A stretch of 64,000 nt of DNA from Candidatus Lindowbacteria bacterium RIFCSPLOWO2_12_FULL_62_27 (GCA_001784175.1 MFPR01000020.1:62001-126000); one strand, 5' to 3'; numbered from the stretch's first letter, positions 43,775 through 53,279 are shown. Notes: generated from the sequence alone by a model not told the origin. A program made the numbers and translations.

Positions 43775-45264
43775 GAATGTTTTATTAACCGCCGAAGAAT
43801 TGCGCCGACGTCCAAATGTGATTCGACCAGGTCGGCGGCCCGGTCAATCAGAGAGTCCAGGTCGTACCGGGCCGGCGGCCGCAGCGGCCGGCCGGCTCGC
43901 TTTCTCAAACCGTTCAGAAACGCCGCGCGAAACCGGTCCGAGTCAAACACGCCGTGAGTGAGTGTCCCGATCACGCGCCCGTCGGAGGAGATGCATCCTT
44001 CCCGGGTTTCATTTTCGCCGTGAAACAACGGCTGACATGCACCGGTTGATCCGTCGATCACGGAAACCATTCCGTGATGAATTTCATATCCCCGAATCAA
44101 CGCCTTCGACGGCCGGTGGCGCCACACCACGGGTCGGACGATTTTTTTCCGGGAAAATCGCGTGACGACGGGGAGCAGCCCGAGACCGGCCGTTCGGGCC
44201 GGTCGACCGGCTTCGACGCCGCCCGGATCGATCATCGCTCTACCCAGAAGCTGCAATCCCCCGCAGATTCCGACGATAGGGAGGCGGGTGTCGCTTCGCA
44301 AGGCATCCGCCAGGCCGCTCCGTCGAAGAAAGTCCATGTCGCCGAAAACATTTTTGGATCCCGGCAGGAGAACTGTGGAAAGACCCGACAGGTCTTTGGG
44401 CCGGACCACGTCGCGGATCATGACGTCAGGCTCGACTTGAAAAGGATCGAAGTCCGTAAAATTCGCGATGTGCGGGGTCCGGACAAGCCCGAGTGCGAGG
44501 CGGCGGCCGTCCCGCCCCTGCCGGCCCGGTGTCCGCCAACCGAGCGCGAGGCTGTCCTCTTCGGGAAGGCGCAGCTCGGTATCGTAGGGGATGACGCCGA
44601 GAACAGGGTGTCCGGTTTTTCGCCGAAGAAACCGCAATCCGGAATCCAGGAGCGTCGCGTCGCCCCGGAATTTGTTGATGCAAAGCCCGATGAGCGTGTC
44701 CCTCTCGTCCGGCCTCAGCAGGCGGACGGTCCCGAAGAGCGAGGCGAAAACGCCGCCGCGGTCGATGTCGCCCACGAGGATCACGCGCGCGCCGGCCATT
44801 TTCGCGACGCGCATGTTCGCAAAATCGACGCTGCGCAGATTGATCTCGGCGGGACTCCCGGCGCCTTCGATGACCATCGCGTCATTCTCCGCTGAAAGCG
44901 TTTGAAAAGCGCGGCGGACCGTTTTGAACCAGACCGGTTTTCTCCGGTCGATCTGCCGCACGGTAAACGTTCCGACGGGTTTCCCCATCAGCACCACCTG
45001 GCTGCGCCGGTCGCCGGATGGTTTGAGCAGGACCGGATTCATCCGGACATCAGGGTCGACGCGCCCGGCGGCCGCCTGCAGCGCCTGAGCCCGGCCGATC
45101 TCCCCGCCGGCGACGGCCGCCGCGTTGTTGGCCATGTTCTGCGCCTTGAAGGGCGCCACCTCGTATCCGCGGCGGAGAAGGATCCGGCAGAGGGCGGTGG
45201 CCAGGAAACTTTTTCCGACGTGCGAGCCGGTGCCTTGGATCATCAACGGCTGAAGTTTTCTCAC
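43771..45264 (-). CDS. cobQ: Cobyric acid synthase
   Basis: MIQGTGSHVGKS, PFKAQNM, EGAGSPAEINL, GICGG, GYEIH. Confidence 0.95.
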   Translation of the reverse strand: MRKLQPLMIQGTGSHVGKSFLATALCRILLRRGYEVAPFKAQNMANNAAAVAGGEIGRAQALQAAAGRVDPDVRMNPVLLKPSGDRRSQVVLMGKPVGTFTVRQIDRRKPVWFKTVRRAFQTLSAENDAMVIEGAGSPAEINLRSVDFANMRVAKMAGARVILVGDIDRGGVFASLFGTVRLLRPDERDTLIGLCINKFRGDATLLDSGLRFLRRKTGHPVLGVIPYDTELRLPEEDSLALGWRTPGRQGRDGRRLALGLVRTPHIANFTDFDPFQVEPDVMIRDVVRPKDLSGLSTVLLPGSKNVFGDMDFLRRSGLADALRSDTRLPIVGICGGLQLLGRAMIDPGGVEAGRPARTAGLGLLPVVTRFSRKKIVRPVVWRHRPSKALIRGYEIHHGMVSVIDGSTGACQPLFHGENETREGCISSDGRVIGTLTHGVFDSDRFRAAFLNGLRKRAGRPLRPPARYDLDSLIDRAADLVESHLDVGAILRRLIKHS

Positions 45265-46316
45265 AAACCCCGGAGTGCGCCGTCCGGCCTTTCCTGGAGT
45301 ATGGTTTTCATCGCGCCGATCAGCCGGCCGTTTTCCTCCGGCAGGCGCGTCGAGACGCGGATATCGTGGCGGGTCAATCCCGGCATGCCGGCGTGCGTGC
45401 GGATCCACAGATGGTGGTCGGCCAGCCTCCGGGACACTTCCGGGCCGTCGGGACCTTCGGCGGGAAGGCGGATCAGGAAAAAATGAATGTCGGATTCAAC
45501 TGGCGCCACGCGCGGCAGGGTCCGGAAGGCTTTCCGGAACGAATCGGCCCACACGCGAATCCGCCGCCGCCGGTCGCGGACCTTCTCCGGCGCCATCTCC
45601 AATGCGGCTTTCACCGCGGCCCCCGCCGCTTGCGAGAGCGGCCATGGCGGAAGGTCGGATTCGACGCGATCGGCGATGTCGGCCGGCATGAGCGCAATTC
45701 CGGCGCGAATTCCAGGGAGCGAATAAAATTTGAGCGGCGAACGAAGAATGATGAGCGGATACGTATCGAATTCCTTCGCCGGCCATTCGCGCGGCCCGGC
45801 GTCGGAAAAATCGGCGTAGGCTTCGTCCATGATCAGAAATCCCTCCGCGTCCCGCGCCTCCCGCAGCCACGCCGCCAGCGTCTCTTCCGGAAGAACCTTG
45901 CCGGTCGGATTGCAGGGATTCGACAGGATCACGCATGCGTGAGGCGGCAATTTCGCCGGCGCCTCCGCCGCATGCAGGATCACCCGGGCGCCGGCGCGGG
46001 CGGCTGCGAAGGGATACTCGGAGAAACACGGCGTAGGCAGCACGACGATTTCCGGCCGAAGCGCAAACAGGATGTGATACAGAAGAGAGGAACTCCCGGG
46101 ACCGGCCAGAATCTGCTCCGGCGGGAGATTCAGCCGGTCCGAGTATGCCGCGCGGATCGTTTCGGCCCGAGGTTCCGGGTAGCGGGTAGATTCAGACAAG
46201 CCTGCGGCTGCGGCACTCAAGATTTCCGCCGGGGGCGGGGCTGGATGAAGGTTGGACGAGAAATCGACAAAGCCGGCCGATGGCGGATTCGCTCCGTGCG
46301 GCGGTTTCGGTGTCAT
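45261..46316 (-). CDS. cobD: Threonine-phosphate decarboxylase (PLP class I/II)
   Basis: DFSSN, YPEP, NPCNPTG, DEAY, RSPLKFYSLPGIR; cobalamin operon context. Confidence 0.85.
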   Translation of the reverse strand: MTPKPPHGANPPSAGFVDFSSNLHPAPPPAEILSAAAAGLSESTRYPEPRAETIRAAYSDRLNLPPEQILAGPGSSSLLYHILFALRPEIVVLPTPCFSEYPFAAARAGARVILHAAEAPAKLPPHACVILSNPCNPTGKVLPEETLAAWLREARDAEGFLIMDEAYADFSDAGPREWPAKEFDTYPLIILRSPLKFYSLPGIRAGIALMPADIADRVESDLPPWPLSQAAGAAVKAALEMAPEKVRDRRRRIRVWADSFRKAFRTLPRVAPVESDIHFFLIRLPAEGPDGPEVSRRLADHHLWIRTHAGMPGLTRHDIRVSTRLPEENGRLIGAMKTILQERPDGALRGL

Positions 46317-47050
46317 GTGCGAAGGACGAACACGAACAAAACGGCCGTTTCGGCGAACTCCACGATCGCGCCCAGCACGTCGCCGGTGATGCCGCCGAAT
46401 GACCGGTGGGCCACGCCGCCGATCCCGATCCCGACCAGGGCAGCAACCAGCATCGGGATCGCGATGGCACTTTTTGAAAGGAAGAGAACGCCGGCCGTGA
46501 AGACGGTTGTCCACAGGATGTGTCGCCACCCCGCTTTGCCGATGAACGCCGTGCCCAAGCCTTCCGGACGTGCGTACGGGAACATCGCACAGCCGATCAC
46601 AACCACCCATCGGGCCGTCACGGCGGCGCAGACGACCGCAAGACCCCGCGCGGCCTGCGCAATGGCGGCGAGGGACCAGACTTTGGCGATCAAGATCAAC
46701 GCCACAGCCGCAACTCCGATCGGCCCGACGCGCGGGTCCCGGAGGATTTCGAGCCGACGGGCGCGGTCGGCGACGGCGCCCAGCGCGTCAAAGGTGTCCG
46801 CCACGCCGTCGATGTGGAGGCCGCGCGTCAGCACGAGCCAGAGAGCGACGACGATGAGTGGAGTGAGAATGCCGATATTGACCGACTCAACGGCCATCGT
46901 GAGGCCTGTCTCCATCCCCGCGAGAATCAACCCAACGACCAGCCCGGCGGCCGGAAACCAGTACAGGAGCGCGGGCCGCGCCGGATCTCGCCCGGCCGGA
47001 AGCGGGAGGATGGTGAGGAGGCGGATCGCGTCGAGAAACGAACGGATCAC
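46313..47050 (-). CDS. cobS: Adenosylcobinamide-GDP ribazoletransferase
   Basis: LTILP, GLHIDGVADTFD, DPRVG, GGITGDVLGA. Confidence 0.95.
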   Translation of the reverse strand: MIRSFLDAIRLLTILPLPAGRDPARPALLYWFPAAGLVVGLILAGMETGLTMAVESVNIGILTPLIVVALWLVLTRGLHIDGVADTFDALGAVADRARRLEILRDPRVGPIGVAAVALILIAKVWSLAAIAQAARGLAVVCAAVTARWVVVIGCAMFPYARPEGLGTAFIGKAGWRHILWTTVFTAGVLFLSKSAIAIPMLVAALVGIGIGGVAHRSFGGITGDVLGAIVEFAETAVLFVFVLRT

Positions 47051-48105
47051 GTGGCGGTGTCGACCCCGGCCGATTCGAACGTCGCCATGTCCCGGTACAT
47101 CGCGACCGCGCAGTCCAGCACGTGCATCGCGACGGCGGCGCCGGTGCCCTCGCCGAGCCGCATTTCAAGGTCCAGAATCGGCGTGGCCTTGAGATCCTGA
47201 AGCGCCCGCGCATGGCCCTGTTCGGCGGATTGGTGGGAGAAGAAAAGATAATCCTGGACGCCGGGCCGGAGCCGAATCGCGAGGGCCGCGGCGGCGGTTG
47301 AGATGAATCCGTCGACCAGCATCGCGCATCGCCTGGATGCGCCACCAAGAAAACAGCCCGCCATCTCGCCGATCTCGAACCCGCCGACCTTCGCCAGAAC
47401 GTCGACGGCGTCGGCGGGGTTCGGCCGCCTCTGTTTAAGACTTTCGTCGATCACCGAGACTTTTCGCGATAGTCCCTTGTCGTCCAGGCCGGTGCCCCGG
47501 CCTGCGACCTCTTGGGCCGGCCGGCCCGAAAGAGCGCAGAGGACGGCGGCGGCCGACGTGCTGTTCCCGATGCCCATATCGCCCACGCCGGCCATGTCGA
47601 TCGGCGCGTTCCGGTATTCTTCAAAGAAAACGTCCGCGCCCCACTCCAGACACCGGACGGCCTCTTCGCGCGTCATGGCGCACTCGTTCAAAAAATTTCT
47701 CGTCCCCGGCCCGATCCTTTTTTGGATCAGCCTGGGATCGCCGATGGGCGTCAGCGTGCCGGCGTCGATGACACGGACCTCCGCGTGGGCCTGCCGGGCC
47801 AGCACGTTGACGGCGGCGCCGCCTGTCAGGAAATTCAACACCATCTGGCCGGTCACGCTTCGCGGATAGAGGCTGACGCCCGCGACTTCCGCGACGCCGT
47901 GGTCCGCCGCAAAAGTGAAAATGACCCTCCGGCGGATCCGCAGGTCCGTCGTGCCGAAGACCTGGACCAGCCGGGCGGCGTTCGATTCCAGCTTGCCGAG
48001 ACTCCCGATGGGCTTCGTCAGATGATCGATCCGGCGACGGGCGGCGTCGCGAAGTTCGACGGAAACGGGGTGGATGCTTTCAAGAAGACGATTCAACTCT
48101 GTCAT
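47047..48105 (-). CDS. cobT: Nicotinate-nucleotide-dimethylbenzimidazole phosphoribosyltransferase
   Basis: LTKPIGSLGKLE, AADHG, GDMGIGNSTS, MRLGEGTGA. Confidence 0.96.
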   Translation of the reverse strand: MTELNRLLESIHPVSVELRDAARRRIDHLTKPIGSLGKLESNAARLVQVFGTTDLRIRRRVIFTFAADHGVAEVAGVSLYPRSVTGQMVLNFLTGGAAVNVLARQAHAEVRVIDAGTLTPIGDPRLIQKRIGPGTRNFLNECAMTREEAVRCLEWGADVFFEEYRNAPIDMAGVGDMGIGNSTSAAAVLCALSGRPAQEVAGRGTGLDDKGLSRKVSVIDESLKQRRPNPADAVDVLAKVGGFEIGEMAGCFLGGASRRCAMLVDGFISTAAAALAIRLRPGVQDYLFFSHQSAEQGHARALQDLKATPILDLEMRLGEGTGAAVAMHVLDCAVAMYRDMATFESAGVDTAT

Positions 48106-48662
48106 GGGATTCCTCCTTTGGATGTGGACCGGGGTTTGATTTGCATCGGCAGGCCGGAGATCACGAGCAGGACGCGGTCGGCCTGCGCGGCCAGCCCGGC
48201 ATTGAGCCGGCCCAGCGCTTCAGAAAACTTCCGCCCGGCCCGCGTCACCGGAACCATGCCCAGACCGACTTCGTCTGAAACCACAATCACCGGCGCCCGC
48301 TGCCTCAGCATCTCCAGCAGCGCCCGCAGGTCTTCTTCCAGCGCTTGGGTGGTCCGGTCCTGAAAACGGGCGGCCACCCAGAGGGTCAGGCTGTCGATTA
48401 ATACACCTGCCGGCCGCCGGCCCGTCCGTACGCGATCAAGCGGCCGGCCGTTCAAGACCACAGTCTTCCAGGTTTGGGGCCGGCGCGCCCGATGACGGCG
48501 TATTTTTTCATGCCATTCCTTTGTTTGAGCGCCCGGCAATCCGGCCAGACCGGTCGCGAGATACAGGATCCGCCGGCCCAGCCGGCCGGCGATCCATTCC
48601 GCATATTCGCTTTTTCCGCTGGCCGCGCCGCCAAGAACCAGGGTGAGCGGATGTTTTCGCAT
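48102..48662 (-). CDS. cobU: Adenosylcobinamide kinase / cobinamide-phosphate guanylyltransferase
   Basis: GGAASGKS, HRARR, DSLTLW, SDEVGLG. Confidence 0.93.
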   Translation of the reverse strand: MRKHPLTLVLGGAASGKSEYAEWIAGRLGRRILYLATGLAGLPGAQTKEWHEKIRRHRARRPQTWKTVVLNGRPLDRVRTGRRPAGVLIDSLTLWVAARFQDRTTQALEEDLRALLEMLRQRAPVIVVSDEVGLGMVPVTRAGRKFSEALGRLNAGLAAQADRVLLVISGLPMQIKPRSTSKGGIP

Positions 48663-48690
48663 GCGTTAGAAATATCTTATGGGAGGGAAT

Positions 48691-48721
48691 AAAAAAACCC
48701 CGCCCGCGGGGGCGGGCGGGG
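48691..48721 (-). terminator. Rho-independent terminator after the flagellin genes
   Basis: 10-bp GC stem ccccgcccgc/gcgggcgggg followed by T7 on the minus strand. Confidence 0.85.
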
Positions 48722-48763
48722 GATGATCCATCTATCCCAAAAATAGGGGTGGAGCTTACGAGC

Positions 48764-49693
48764 TTACGAGAGCAATTGGAGAATGCTCGTTGGTTTCAAG
48801 TTCGCTTGGGCCAGCATTGCCTGACTTGCCTGCACCAAAACCTGCGCTTTGGTGAAGTTAATGACCTCCTCGGCCATGTCGGTGTCGCGAATCCGGCTTT
48901 CAGACGCCTGCATATTCTCCGCCGCGATCCCTACAAAATTGTAGGTGTGCTCGAGACGGTTGAATGCAGCGCCCAGCTTGGAGCGTCGCGTGACCAGCTT
49001 GTTGATGGCGCTGTCGATGATCGCAAGCGCGCTGTTCGCCTTGTCCTGCCTAGAAATCCCGAGCGAGTTCACGCTCAGAGTCGGCCTGGTGAAGTTGCCG
49101 GTCACCGCGCCAGAGGACGAGAACAGGTTGTTCAGGCCGAGCGAGACCACGGACGTCGTGCTGATGAACGTGCTGAACTTCTGCTTCGTGTTGGCGCCGA
49201 CATGAAACACCATGCTGCCGACAAAAGACCCGCCGCCGAGCGGCGTGCCGCTGACGGACGAAAACGTTCCGTCGAGAAGCTTCTGCTTGTTGAACTCGAT
49301 CGACGTCATCGAACGGTTGATCTCGTTCAGCAACTGATCGACTTCAAGCTGAATCAAGGCCCGGTCCGAATTGGTGTAGATGCCGTTGGCCGACTGGACC
49401 GACAGCTCCCGCATCCGTTGAAGGATGTCGTTCAATTCGGTCAGGCCCGCCTCCGCAACCTGAATCATGCTCAAGCCGTCCTGAATGTTCCGGCCGGCCT
49501 GCTGCAATCCTCGAACCTGCGCTCGGAGCCTTTCGCTTACGGCCAACCCGGCCGCGTCATCGCTGGCCCGGTTGATCCGGTAGCCCGAACTCAGCCGCTC
49601 CAGGGCTTTCGTCAGGCTTGTGTTGTTCAGCGTCGCCTGCCTTTGCGCGAACATGGCTTCTACGTTGTTACGTACAGAAAAATCGAGACCCAT
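48764..49693 (-). CDS. fliC: Flagellin (309 aa)
   Basis: ERLSSGYRINRASDDAAGL, LQRMRELSVQ, SRIRDTDMAEE, MLAQAN. Confidence 0.97.
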   Translation of the reverse strand: MGLDFSVRNNVEAMFAQRQATLNNTSLTKALERLSSGYRINRASDDAAGLAVSERLRAQVRGLQQAGRNIQDGLSMIQVAEAGLTELNDILQRMRELSVQSANGIYTNSDRALIQLEVDQLLNEINRSMTSIEFNKQKLLDGTFSSVSGTPLGGGSFVGSMVFHVGANTKQKFSTFISTTSVVSLGLNNLFSSSGAVTGNFTRPTLSVNSLGISRQDKANSALAIIDSAINKLVTRRSKLGAAFNRLEHTYNFVGIAAENMQASESRIRDTDMAEEVINFTKAQVLVQASQAMLAQANLKPTSILQLLS

Positions 49694-49847
49694 CGTGTGG
49701 GAACCTCCTTGTCTTGAGCAGACAAGACCTTTGGATCGTCAATGATCCTCAGGTTCGTTCGCCACAGCCGACGCTTACCGTTCCGTCAGAATGAGTACCA
49801 CCTTTCCGGCCCGCGGGTGATGACCGCCGGGCCGACGTTTCGCCTTT

Positions 49848-50780
49848 TTACCCCAGAAGGGAAAGCACGTTCTGAGGCAGAAGGTTGGCCTGTGCCAGCA
49901 TGGCATTGGCCGCCTGAACCAGAACCTGGGCTTTGGTGAAGTCAATGATCTCCGCCGCCATGTCCGTGTCCCGAATCCGGCTTTCCGCCGCCTGCAACTG
50001 CTCGCGGATGGTCCCGGCGTAATTCAGCGTGTGCTGAAGCCGGTTCTCCATCGCGCCGAGCTTGGATCGGTTGCGGGTGATGTTGTTGATCGCGCTGTCT
50101 AACAGCGCCATCGCACTCTCGGCTTTGATCTGACTGAGCACCCCGTTGAAGGTGCCGGTTTTCGTGAAATTCCCGGAAACTGCCCCGCTCGAAGAAAAGA
50201 GCGAGTTCAGACCCATCCCGAAGACTGACAGAGTCGCGATGCTGACGCGGATGGTCTGGTTCTTGTTGGCGCCCACGTGGAACAGAATGCTCCCGAGGTA
50301 CGTGCTGCCGCTGGGCAGGGCGCCGGTGGGTTGCGTGCTGGAAAACGTGCCGTCCATCAGCTTCAGGCGGTTGAATTCGACCGAAGTCTGCATCCGGTTG
50401 ATCTCGTTCAGCAGTTGGTCGATCTCCTGCTGAATCAGGCTTCTGTCCGAATTGTTGTAAATGCCGTTGGCCGACTGGATCGAGAGTTCCCGCATCCGCT
50501 GCACGATGTCGTGCAGCTCCTGCATCCCCGATTCAGCGACCTGAATGAGACTGATGCCATCCTGGATGTTCCTGAGCGCCGCCGCGTACCCGCGAACCTG
50601 GGTCCGCAGCCGTTCGCTCACGGCCAGACCGGCCACGTCGTCGCCGGAACGGTTGATCCGATAGCCGCTGGACAACCGCTCCAATGAACGAGTGAGCTGA
50701 CCGTTGTTCAAGGTCGATTGACGGTGGGCAAACATCGCTGTGACGTTATGACGTACAAAAAATCCGTCTGCTACTGGCAT
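49848..50780 (-). CDS. fliC: Flagellin (310 aa), second paralog
   Basis: ERLSSGYRINRSGDD, QRMRELSIQ, SRIRDTDMA, MLAQAN. Confidence 0.97.
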   Translation of the reverse strand: MPVADGFFVRHNVTAMFAHRQSTLNNGQLTRSLERLSSGYRINRSGDDVAGLAVSERLRTQVRGYAAALRNIQDGISLIQVAESGMQELHDIVQRMRELSIQSANGIYNNSDRSLIQQEIDQLLNEINRMQTSVEFNRLKLMDGTFSSTQPTGALPSGSTYLGSILFHVGANKNQTIRVSIATLSVFGMGLNSLFSSSGAVSGNFTKTGTFNGVLSQIKAESAMALLDSAINNITRNRSKLGAMENRLQHTLNYAGTIREQLQAAESRIRDTDMAAEIIDFTKAQVLVQAANAMLAQANLLPQNVLSLLG

Positions 50781-50784
50781 GACT

Positions 50785-50828
50785 GGATTCCTCCTTGAAT
50801 CAAATCCCGTGGTTCATCCTTGAGCCAC
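50785..50828 (-). promoter_or_regulatory. Two CsrA-binding hairpins in the flagellin 5' leader
   Basis: gtggctca-AGGA-tgaaccac and gattc-AAGGAG-gaatc (overlaps the SD); csrA and fliW are adjacent. Confidence 0.7.
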
Positions 50829-50967
50829 GTATTAATCTATAATCAGTATGATCCGAATATCCTCCCGCAGGCCGCCCTCCTCGCCATGATGTCGGATGAA
50901 TGAATTGGCTCGGAAACGGCCGCGAGGCCGAACAGAATGTCCCGTCCTGTATTTCTGGAGGACGCCG

Positions 50968-50994
50968 CTAACCGGGGGCTCTGGGTTTTGTCAC
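50968..50994 (-). CDS. Putative 8-aa upstream ORF (MTKPRAPG)
   Basis: TAAGGAGGTGA SD, 6 nt, then GTG ACA AAA CCC AGA GCC CCC GGT TAG. Confidence 0.4.
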   Translation of the reverse strand: MTKPRAPG

Positions 50995-51065
50995 GCCGTT
51001 TCACCTCCTTATGCCGTCGGTTCCTCCGCCTCATGCGGAGGGTACATGGAAAACTCCTGTTCACA

Positions 51066-51093
51066 TTTTCGGCGCGGGGGCCGGGAATCTTGA
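51066..51093 (-). promoter_or_regulatory. Sigma28 (FliA/SigD) promoter for the flagellin genes
   Basis: TCAA-16 bp-GCCGAAAA. Confidence 0.75.
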
Positions 51094-51110
51094 ATGAATT
51101 GTGCGGGGGA

Positions 51111-51368
51111 CTACTTGTTTCCGGATGGTTTCGGTGGGATCTCTTTCTTGAACAGCTGCGCGGCCTTGGCCAGGCTGTCGACCTTCTGCCGGGCGGCCTC
51201 TATGTTTTCCTTCTGGATGGCCTCGTAAACCTCGCGCCGGTGCACGGTCACCTCCCGCGGGGCCTTGATGCCGATCTTCACCTGTTCGCCGTGTACCGAC
51301 ACCACCACCACCTCGATGCCGTCGCCGATCATGATGCTTTCGTTCACTTTGCGGGTCAGGACCAGCAT
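51111..51368 (-). CDS. csrA: Carbon storage regulator
   Basis: [28 protein letters not shown]. Confidence 0.97.
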   Translation of the reverse strand: MLVLTRKVNESIMIGDGIEVVVVSVHGEQVKIGIKAPREVTVHRREVYEAIQKENIEAARQKVDSLAKAAQLFKKEIPPKPSGNK

Positions 51369-51378
51369 GGCGGCGCCC

Positions 51379-51837
51379 TCAACCTTCCGCGGGCGCGGCG
51401 GCCCGGTCCTTTTGGGCGTCGAACAGCGGGTGGCGGACCGTATACGGTTCGACCTGCGAGATCACCTGGCGGGCCTGCATACTTTTGGGGTGGACCACCA
51501 CGGGACCCTTGAGATTCACCGTGATCTTGCGCATGTCGTCCGGGATCACGCAGACGATGTAGCAGAGCAGCTCCGACTCTGATCCCACGTTCAGCGCGGT
51601 CTTGTCCGCCTCCGAAATCTGAAGCTGGTAGGCCGGCATGAAGGCCTCGGGACGGATCACGACGAAAGCGATGCCGGGTTCGTCGATGCACTGCAGCCAC
51701 TCGAAGGGTTTCTGCTCCTGCACGCCGACCAGGGCGAACCGCTCGAATCCCTCAAACCCGAACATCCCCCCCTGCACGGTGATGATCCTGGTCTCGTCGA
51801 TCTCAATCTCTCCAAACGGCCGGCTTTTGATTTTCAT
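51379..51837 (-). CDS. fliW: Flagellar assembly factor FliW
   Basis: [25 protein letters not shown]; adjacent to csrA. Confidence 0.95.
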   Translation of the reverse strand: MKIKSRPFGEIEIDETRIITVQGGMFGFEGFERFALVGVQEQKPFEWLQCIDEPGIAFVVIRPEAFMPAYQLQISEADKTALNVGSESELLCYIVCVIPDDMRKITVNLKGPVVVHPKSMQARQVISQVEPYTVRHPLFDAQKDRAAAPAEG

Positions 51838-51860
51838 CGGTGTCCCTTCATATCACGTTC

Positions 51861-53279
51861 TCAGAGAAAATCCAGAAGCGTCAGGCTGAAAATGCGCGCG
51901 CCGGTGGCCAGCGCCGCCTTCTGGACATTCTGCTGCTGCTGGAATTCCGTGAGGGCCTTGGCGAAGTCCAGGTCCTCCACCCGCTGGAGCAATTGAGTCG
52001 AATTGTTCTCGAAATCGGTGTTCCGGCCCTCCGCGGCGTCCAGCCGGTTGACCCGGGCGCCGAAAACGGCGCGGCTCGACAGGATATTGTCCAGCGCCGC
52101 GTCCAGGTTCGACAGGCTCGACCCGCCGATCTTGAGCGGGGCCTTCATGATCGCGCTCAGGGGCGGGACGGCGAGGTCCCCCACGCCGTCGCCGTTCGTG
52201 TCGGCGCCGTATCGTTTGACGAAATCGGGATTCGTCAGCCCGATCCGGATGTCGAGGTCGTCCCGCAGGTTGATGAGGGACTGAAAGACGGACACATTGC
52301 TCTCGATCGCGGTCGGATCGATGTTGTCCGGCTGGTTGGGATCGGCCGTGGAGTACGCGGTGCCCTCGACGATCTGCAGGTCGTCGAGCAGGCCGTCGAC
52401 CCTGGTCGTGGCCGTGCCGGTGTCGATGTCGAGCAGCTCCATCTGGTGGGGATTGGTCGTCTCGAGTTTCAGCCGCTTCGTGCTGTTGAGGGTGACGACG
52501 CTCGCCTGAACTTCAATGCCCGCCTGGTTGACCCGGTCCGCGATGGCGCGGAGGGAGTCACGCGAAACGTCATAGTAAATGAGCGTCCCGTCGAGCCGGA
52601 GGTATCCGCTGCGCGACTTGGACGGGATTCCCGCGGCCGACGAGAGCGCAAGTTCCTCGTCGGTCACGCCGGTGAATCCCATCGTGACGGATTGGTTCGC
52701 CCCCGCGAACACCTTGTTCCCGGGCACGCTCGCGGAGATGAACTTGCCCTCCGCGATCTGCCGCAGCCGGTCCTGCCGGTCGCCCTTGTATTTGACCTTG
52801 ACGATGTGCCCGCCGACCCGGTCCACGACGAAGGGCGACTCGTTGAAGGTCTCATTCAGCGTCTCCGACCCGCTGAAAATGAACTTGCCCTCGAATTCGC
52901 TGTTCGCGGCGCTCACCATCTCTTCGAGAACCTGCTCCACCTCCAGCGCCAGATGCGACCGGTCGGACTCGGTGAGCGTGCCGGTGGCGCCCTGGATCGC
53001 GATCTCCCGCGCGCGCTGCAGGAGGTCCACCGCGTTCGAGAGCGCCGCGTCGCTCGCCTCGAGCACCCCTTTGGCCTCGCCGATGTTGTCGTTGAATTTC
53101 TTGAGCCGGAGGATGTCGGTCCGAAGCTGCATCGACTGCGCCGCCTTGACCGGCTCCTCGTGCGGAAACCGGAAAAGCCGTCCGGAAGAAATCTGCTGGT
53201 TCAGCCGGTCCAGCTCGGTCTGGTTCTTCTGCAGATTCCTCAGGACGTTTGCGTAGATGGAATCGGTCGCGATTCTCAT
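51861..53279 (-). CDS. flgL: Flagellar hook-associated protein 3
   Basis: QISSG, ANSEFEGKFIFSG, GARVNRL, EDLDFA, SLTLLDFL. Confidence 0.93.
   Translation of the reverse strand: MRIATDSIYANVLRNLQKNQTELDRLNQQISSGRLFRFPHEEPVKAAQSMQLRTDILRLKKFNDNIGEAKGVLEASDAALSNAVDLLQRAREIAIQGATGTLTESDRSHLALEVEQVLEEMVSAANSEFEGKFIFSGSETLNETFNESPFVVDRVGGHIVKVKYKGDRQDRLRQIAEGKFISASVPGNKVFAGANQSVTMGFTGVTDEELALSSAAGIPSKSRSGYLRLDGTLIYYDVSRDSLRAIADRVNQAGIEVQASVVTLNSTKRLKLETTNPHQMELLDIDTGTATTRVDGLLDDLQIVEGTAYSTADPNQPDNIDPTAIESNVSVFQSLINLRDDLDIRIGLTNPDFVKRYGADTNGDGVGDLAVPPLSAIMKAPLKIGGSSLSNLDAALDNILSSRAVFGARVNRLDAAEGRNTDFENNSTQLLQRVEDLDFAKALTEFQQQQNVQKAALATGARIFSLTLLDFL

Noticed and set aside
45366-47192. 608-aa plus-strand ORF
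   Set aside because: Arg/Ala-rich shadow of cobD/cobS/cobT
49694-49847. Possible c-di-GMP riboswitch or sigma54 promoter between the flagellins
   Set aside because: GC hairpins are present, but neither the riboswitch consensus nor a GG-N10-GC promoter could be matched by eye; an Rfam scan would settle it
50843-51064. 73-aa ORF in the flagellin leader
   Set aside because: Starts at the predicted TSS region without family motifs; the SD is positioned for the 8-codon ORF in a different frame. Not fully excluded as a leaderless product
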